Of a stretch of 64,000 nt of DNA, positions 61,719-64,000 are shown piece after piece. Source of the stretch: Candidatus Cloacimonadota bacterium (GTDB lineage Bacteria; Cloacimonadota; Cloacimonadia; JGIOTU-2); contig JBNGBT010000007.1 of NCBI GenBank assembly GCA_049903315.1, positions 78,160-142,159 on the forward strand, written 5' to 3'. The translations under genes were made by a program, and so were the position numbers. The stretch's first letter is position 1. Each line of letters opens with the position of its first letter. The notes under the pieces were generated by a model. That model did not search any database and was not told the origin of the DNA. It saw nothing but the letters and a program-made list of their open reading frames with translations.

Positions 61719-62282
61719 TTATAATTGTATAGTGTTTATATTCTTCTCTATTAATTCAATAGTACCTTTAGGAACTATACTTCTCCAACCTCCATTTGGA
61801 AATTTTTTTCTAAAACTATTTCCCGATATCCCTTCTAGCGGTTTATAGAATTTTACATCATATCCAGAATTAAAATATTTCTCTTTTTTTTGATAATGAT
61901 GATATTCTTTTAAAACCATTATTATTCTTGTAGTTTTTGGTAATGGAATATACTCTAACCAATCTGCCCTATCATAGAATCCAAAATGAGGTAGTATTCT
62001 AATTCTTCTAATATCAACTTGTAAATATTTAAGTGTATCATAAATCATGATACTTCTCTCTGCATAACTAAAAGGATTATTTTCTTTTTTTCGTGATTTT
62101 GAAAGACTCTTAACTAATTCTGTATTAGTTTTATCAAGTAATTTAGGTTTATCCCTTAATGGATTTGCAATTCCTATCCATACATTTTTATAATGTCTTA
62201 ACATTGTCTTTATAGTATTTAAATGACCATTATGGAATGGTTGATATCTACCATGAGTATAAGCAATTATCTTATCATTCAT
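61719..62282 (-). CDS. NMN-adenylyltransferase-like (HxGH cytidylyltransferase family) enzyme
   Basis: GRYQPFHNGH, IGIANP, NPFSYAER, ISGNSFR. Confidence 0.85.
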   Translation of the reverse strand: MNDKIIAYTHGRYQPFHNGHLNTIKTMLRHYKNVWIGIANPLRDKPKLLDKTNTELVKSLSKSRKKENNPFSYAERSIMIYDTLKYLQVDIRRIRILPHFGFYDRADWLEYIPLPKTTRIIMVLKEYHHYQKKEKYFNSGYDVKFYKPLEGISGNSFRKKFPNGGWRSIVPKGTIELIEKNINTIQL

Positions 62283-63015
62283 TTTTCTCTTCAGTTATTG
62301 TCTTCACATATGAGCTTGCTTTTTTTAAATCATTGGGTATTTCTATATGAATCCACATACCTTCTGTTTGATAATAACAGAATTTATTTTTTTGTAAGAT
62401 TTCTTCAGAAAAAAATTCACATAATCGTTTTGCATCATCCTTATTTTTTAATATATTGAAAATATCAGGTGAAAATATAGTAAGTTCTAAGGCACAAAAT
62501 GATTTTTCACATATTCTATTACCATTAGGATAGAAAATTTTATTTACAATATTATTTTTACCAATAATATGAGGATGTGTATTAATTAAATCAACACTTG
62601 AAACTGTAAATAAAGCCATCATATTTTCTTTGTACTTTTTTAATAAATCAGAAAGCCAAAACGTGGGAAATATAATATTACCATGACAGTATACAAAAGG
62701 TTCATTTATATATTTAGATACCTTTTTTAAAACACCAATTGTTCCTTTTGAATTTGAATGTATTATATTAAATTCGGTTTCATTATATTTTAAAGAGTCT
62801 AAATAATATTCAACATCTTCCTTGTGATGGTTAAGAACAAAGTATATTTTTTTTATATTATTAATTCTGAAAATTTCAATTATATATTTCAAAATAGGTA
62901 AACCTGCTATTGGTAATAGACATTTCTGTGTATATGAAAAATCATTCCCCATCCTTGTTCCTTTTCCACCACAAATGATTACTCCTGTATCAATATTAGA
63001 TTTTTTTCTCTTCAT
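62275..63015 (-). CDS. NTP-transferase (sugar-phosphate nucleotidyltransferase fold)
   Basis: VIICGGKGTRM...QKCLLPIAG.PIL. Confidence 0.85.
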   Translation of the reverse strand: MKRKKSNIDTGVIICGGKGTRMGNDFSYTQKCLLPIAGLPILKYIIEIFRINNIKKIYFVLNHHKEDVEYYLDSLKYNETEFNIIHSNSKGTIGVLKKVSKYINEPFVYCHGNIIFPTFWLSDLLKKYKENMMALFTVSSVDLINTHPHIIGKNNIVNKIFYPNGNRICEKSFCALELTIFSPDIFNILKNKDDAKRLCEFFSEEILQKNKFCYYQTEGMWIHIEIPNDLKKASSYVKTITEEKNE

Positions 63016-63436
63016 TGTTTTCTCGTATCTTTTTTTGAAAAAATTTTATTAATTTCTTCTTCTCTTTAACGATTAACTTATTGTAAACTCTATTTTTCCA
63101 ACCATCGTCTCCGAATATATAAGGTCCTAATATAGCTTCATCCTTATTTCTAGGTATTAAATGAATATGATAATGATCAATTTTATCTCCGATATACATT
63201 AAATAAACCTTTTCACAATTAGTTTTTAACTCTATTATTTTTGTTAGCTTTTGTATATGCAAAAATAAATCTATTACCTCAGCATCTGTTAAACCAGAAA
63301 GTTTATTAATATGCCTTTTCGTTGCTACCGCAATATGACCAAGTTTAATATTATTTATATATATAAAACTTACAGAATACTTCGTTTCATGGATAATATC
63401 ATCTTTATTTATATTACATAAGACACAATCTTTCAT
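62996..63436 (-). CDS. HIT family nucleotide hydrolase
   Basis: CVLC, GH..V..KRH, histidine triad HYHIHLIPR; GGAG RBS before ATG at 63436. Confidence 0.9.
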   Translation of the reverse strand: MKDCVLCNINKDDIIHETKYSVSFIYINNIKLGHIAVATKRHINKLSGLTDAEVIDLFLHIQKLTKIIELKTNCEKVYLMYIGDKIDHYHIHLIPRNKDEAILGPYIFGDDGWKNRVYNKLIVKEKKKLIKFFQKKIRENNEEKKI

Positions 63437-63677
63437 TTTTACTCCCATTTAACATTGTTAAAGATACTAACATAAAATATATTTCCTTTCATATCTATCT
63501 GAAATCAACATCTTCAATACTTCCAAACACCACTCCGGTTCAATATATTTCGCAAAAAACGAATCTTTCCTGTCACTTATCTATTCATATGCAGCTAAAT
63601 TAAAAACCATCCCCAATCACGATGTGATTTTTCTAAATTCTTAATCATCCTGTAATTATTTTTTTGTATAATGTCAA

Positions 63678-63977
63678 AACCGTTAAAACGGTTGTGGATT
63701 TAATGTTCATTTTTCCCACAAATAAATTTGTGGGTTTTAATTGCAATTCATGGGAGGAAAAACAGCCCATAATTTCAATTATGAGTATTAGATGAGGAAG
63801 TACGTGAGAACCATTTCAATGGTTTATACAATTCTGCATAAAACCGTTGCGAAGGTCATCCGCCAGTGGGCGGACAAATCGACCGTTCATAAGATTCCTT
63901 CATACCCTCCGTTACGGAATGGTCCATGACGGCTCGGATACCATAATTGCGTGCCCAAGCTTGGGCTTAGGAACGAG
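63678..63977. repeat. Mosaic of REP-like palindromes (BIME-like)
   Basis: aaccgttaaaacggtt, cccacaaataaatttgtggg, cccataatttcaattatgag, aaccatttcaatggtt, tccgccagtgggcggac, ccgttacggaatggtccatgacgg, cccaagcttgggcttaggaacgag. Confidence 0.75.
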
Positions 63978-64000
63978 TAGGTAATAAAAAAAACGGCGAA

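Noticed and set aside
61719..63436. Reading the HIT/NTase/NMNAT genes as ordinary NAD salvage or a capsule locus
   Set aside because: Not excluded, but no nadV, pncB, Nudix, glycosyltransferase, epimerase or export gene is adjacent, so I did not annotate it that way.
63465..63492. Weak dif-like sequence (minus ATGAAAGGAAA-TATATT-TTATGTTAGTA) just upstream of the HIT gene
   Set aside because: It matches the 55134 site at only 17 of 28 positions in very AT-rich DNA and has a poor XerC arm. A PWM scan would be needed before claiming it bounds a dif module.
63467..63648. Protein-like broken reading frame on the minus strand (..FNLAAYE*ISDRKDSFFAKYIEPEWCLEVLK..)
   Set aside because: It may be a gene remnant, but I cannot assign a family; it is short and interrupted.

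Overview
Bacterial chromosomal window, AT-rich, from a probable anaerobe. It is most likely FCB-group and Candidatus Cloacimonadota-like; this is inferred from two secreted proteins ending in a PNP...YNxxGQ...WD...GxYFY FlgD-Ig/T9SS-type tail. Bases 1-13 kb are an accessory patchwork: M48 peptidase, metallophosphoesterase, GH97, TetR plus an NMO/FabX-like enzyme, an RHH-PIN toxin-antitoxin pair, a GyrI-like gene broken by a TAA, and secreted proteins. Bases 13-55 kb are mostly housekeeping: split transketolase, yajC-def-fmt-DUF116-rtcB-archease-yugP, an EF-G2-like gene, yebC-ruvC-ruvA-rsmB-PASTA-gyrB-gyrA, pdp, rpmF-plsX-fabHDG-acpP-fabF-rnc, lpdA, a second EF-G, rnr and yicC. Coding switches from mostly + to entirely - at about 51.3 kb. 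Two inverted 28-bp XerC/D dif-like sites lie at 55134-55230, where core genes give way to accessory DNA. Downstream is a very AT-rich island with a DUF262 + HEPN pair and a tightly coupled four-gene operon: HIT hydrolase, atypical NTP-transferase, NMN-adenylyltransferase-like enzyme, and a 2TM membrane protein. That operon is my best candidate for an undescribed nucleotide-based (possibly anti-phage) system. Several families of intergenic REP-like palindromes occur, including an exact 29-bp inverted pair around the second EF-G gene. I recognised no rRNA, tRNA, CRISPR array or transposase. All family calls come from motif recognition by eye; no searches were run.
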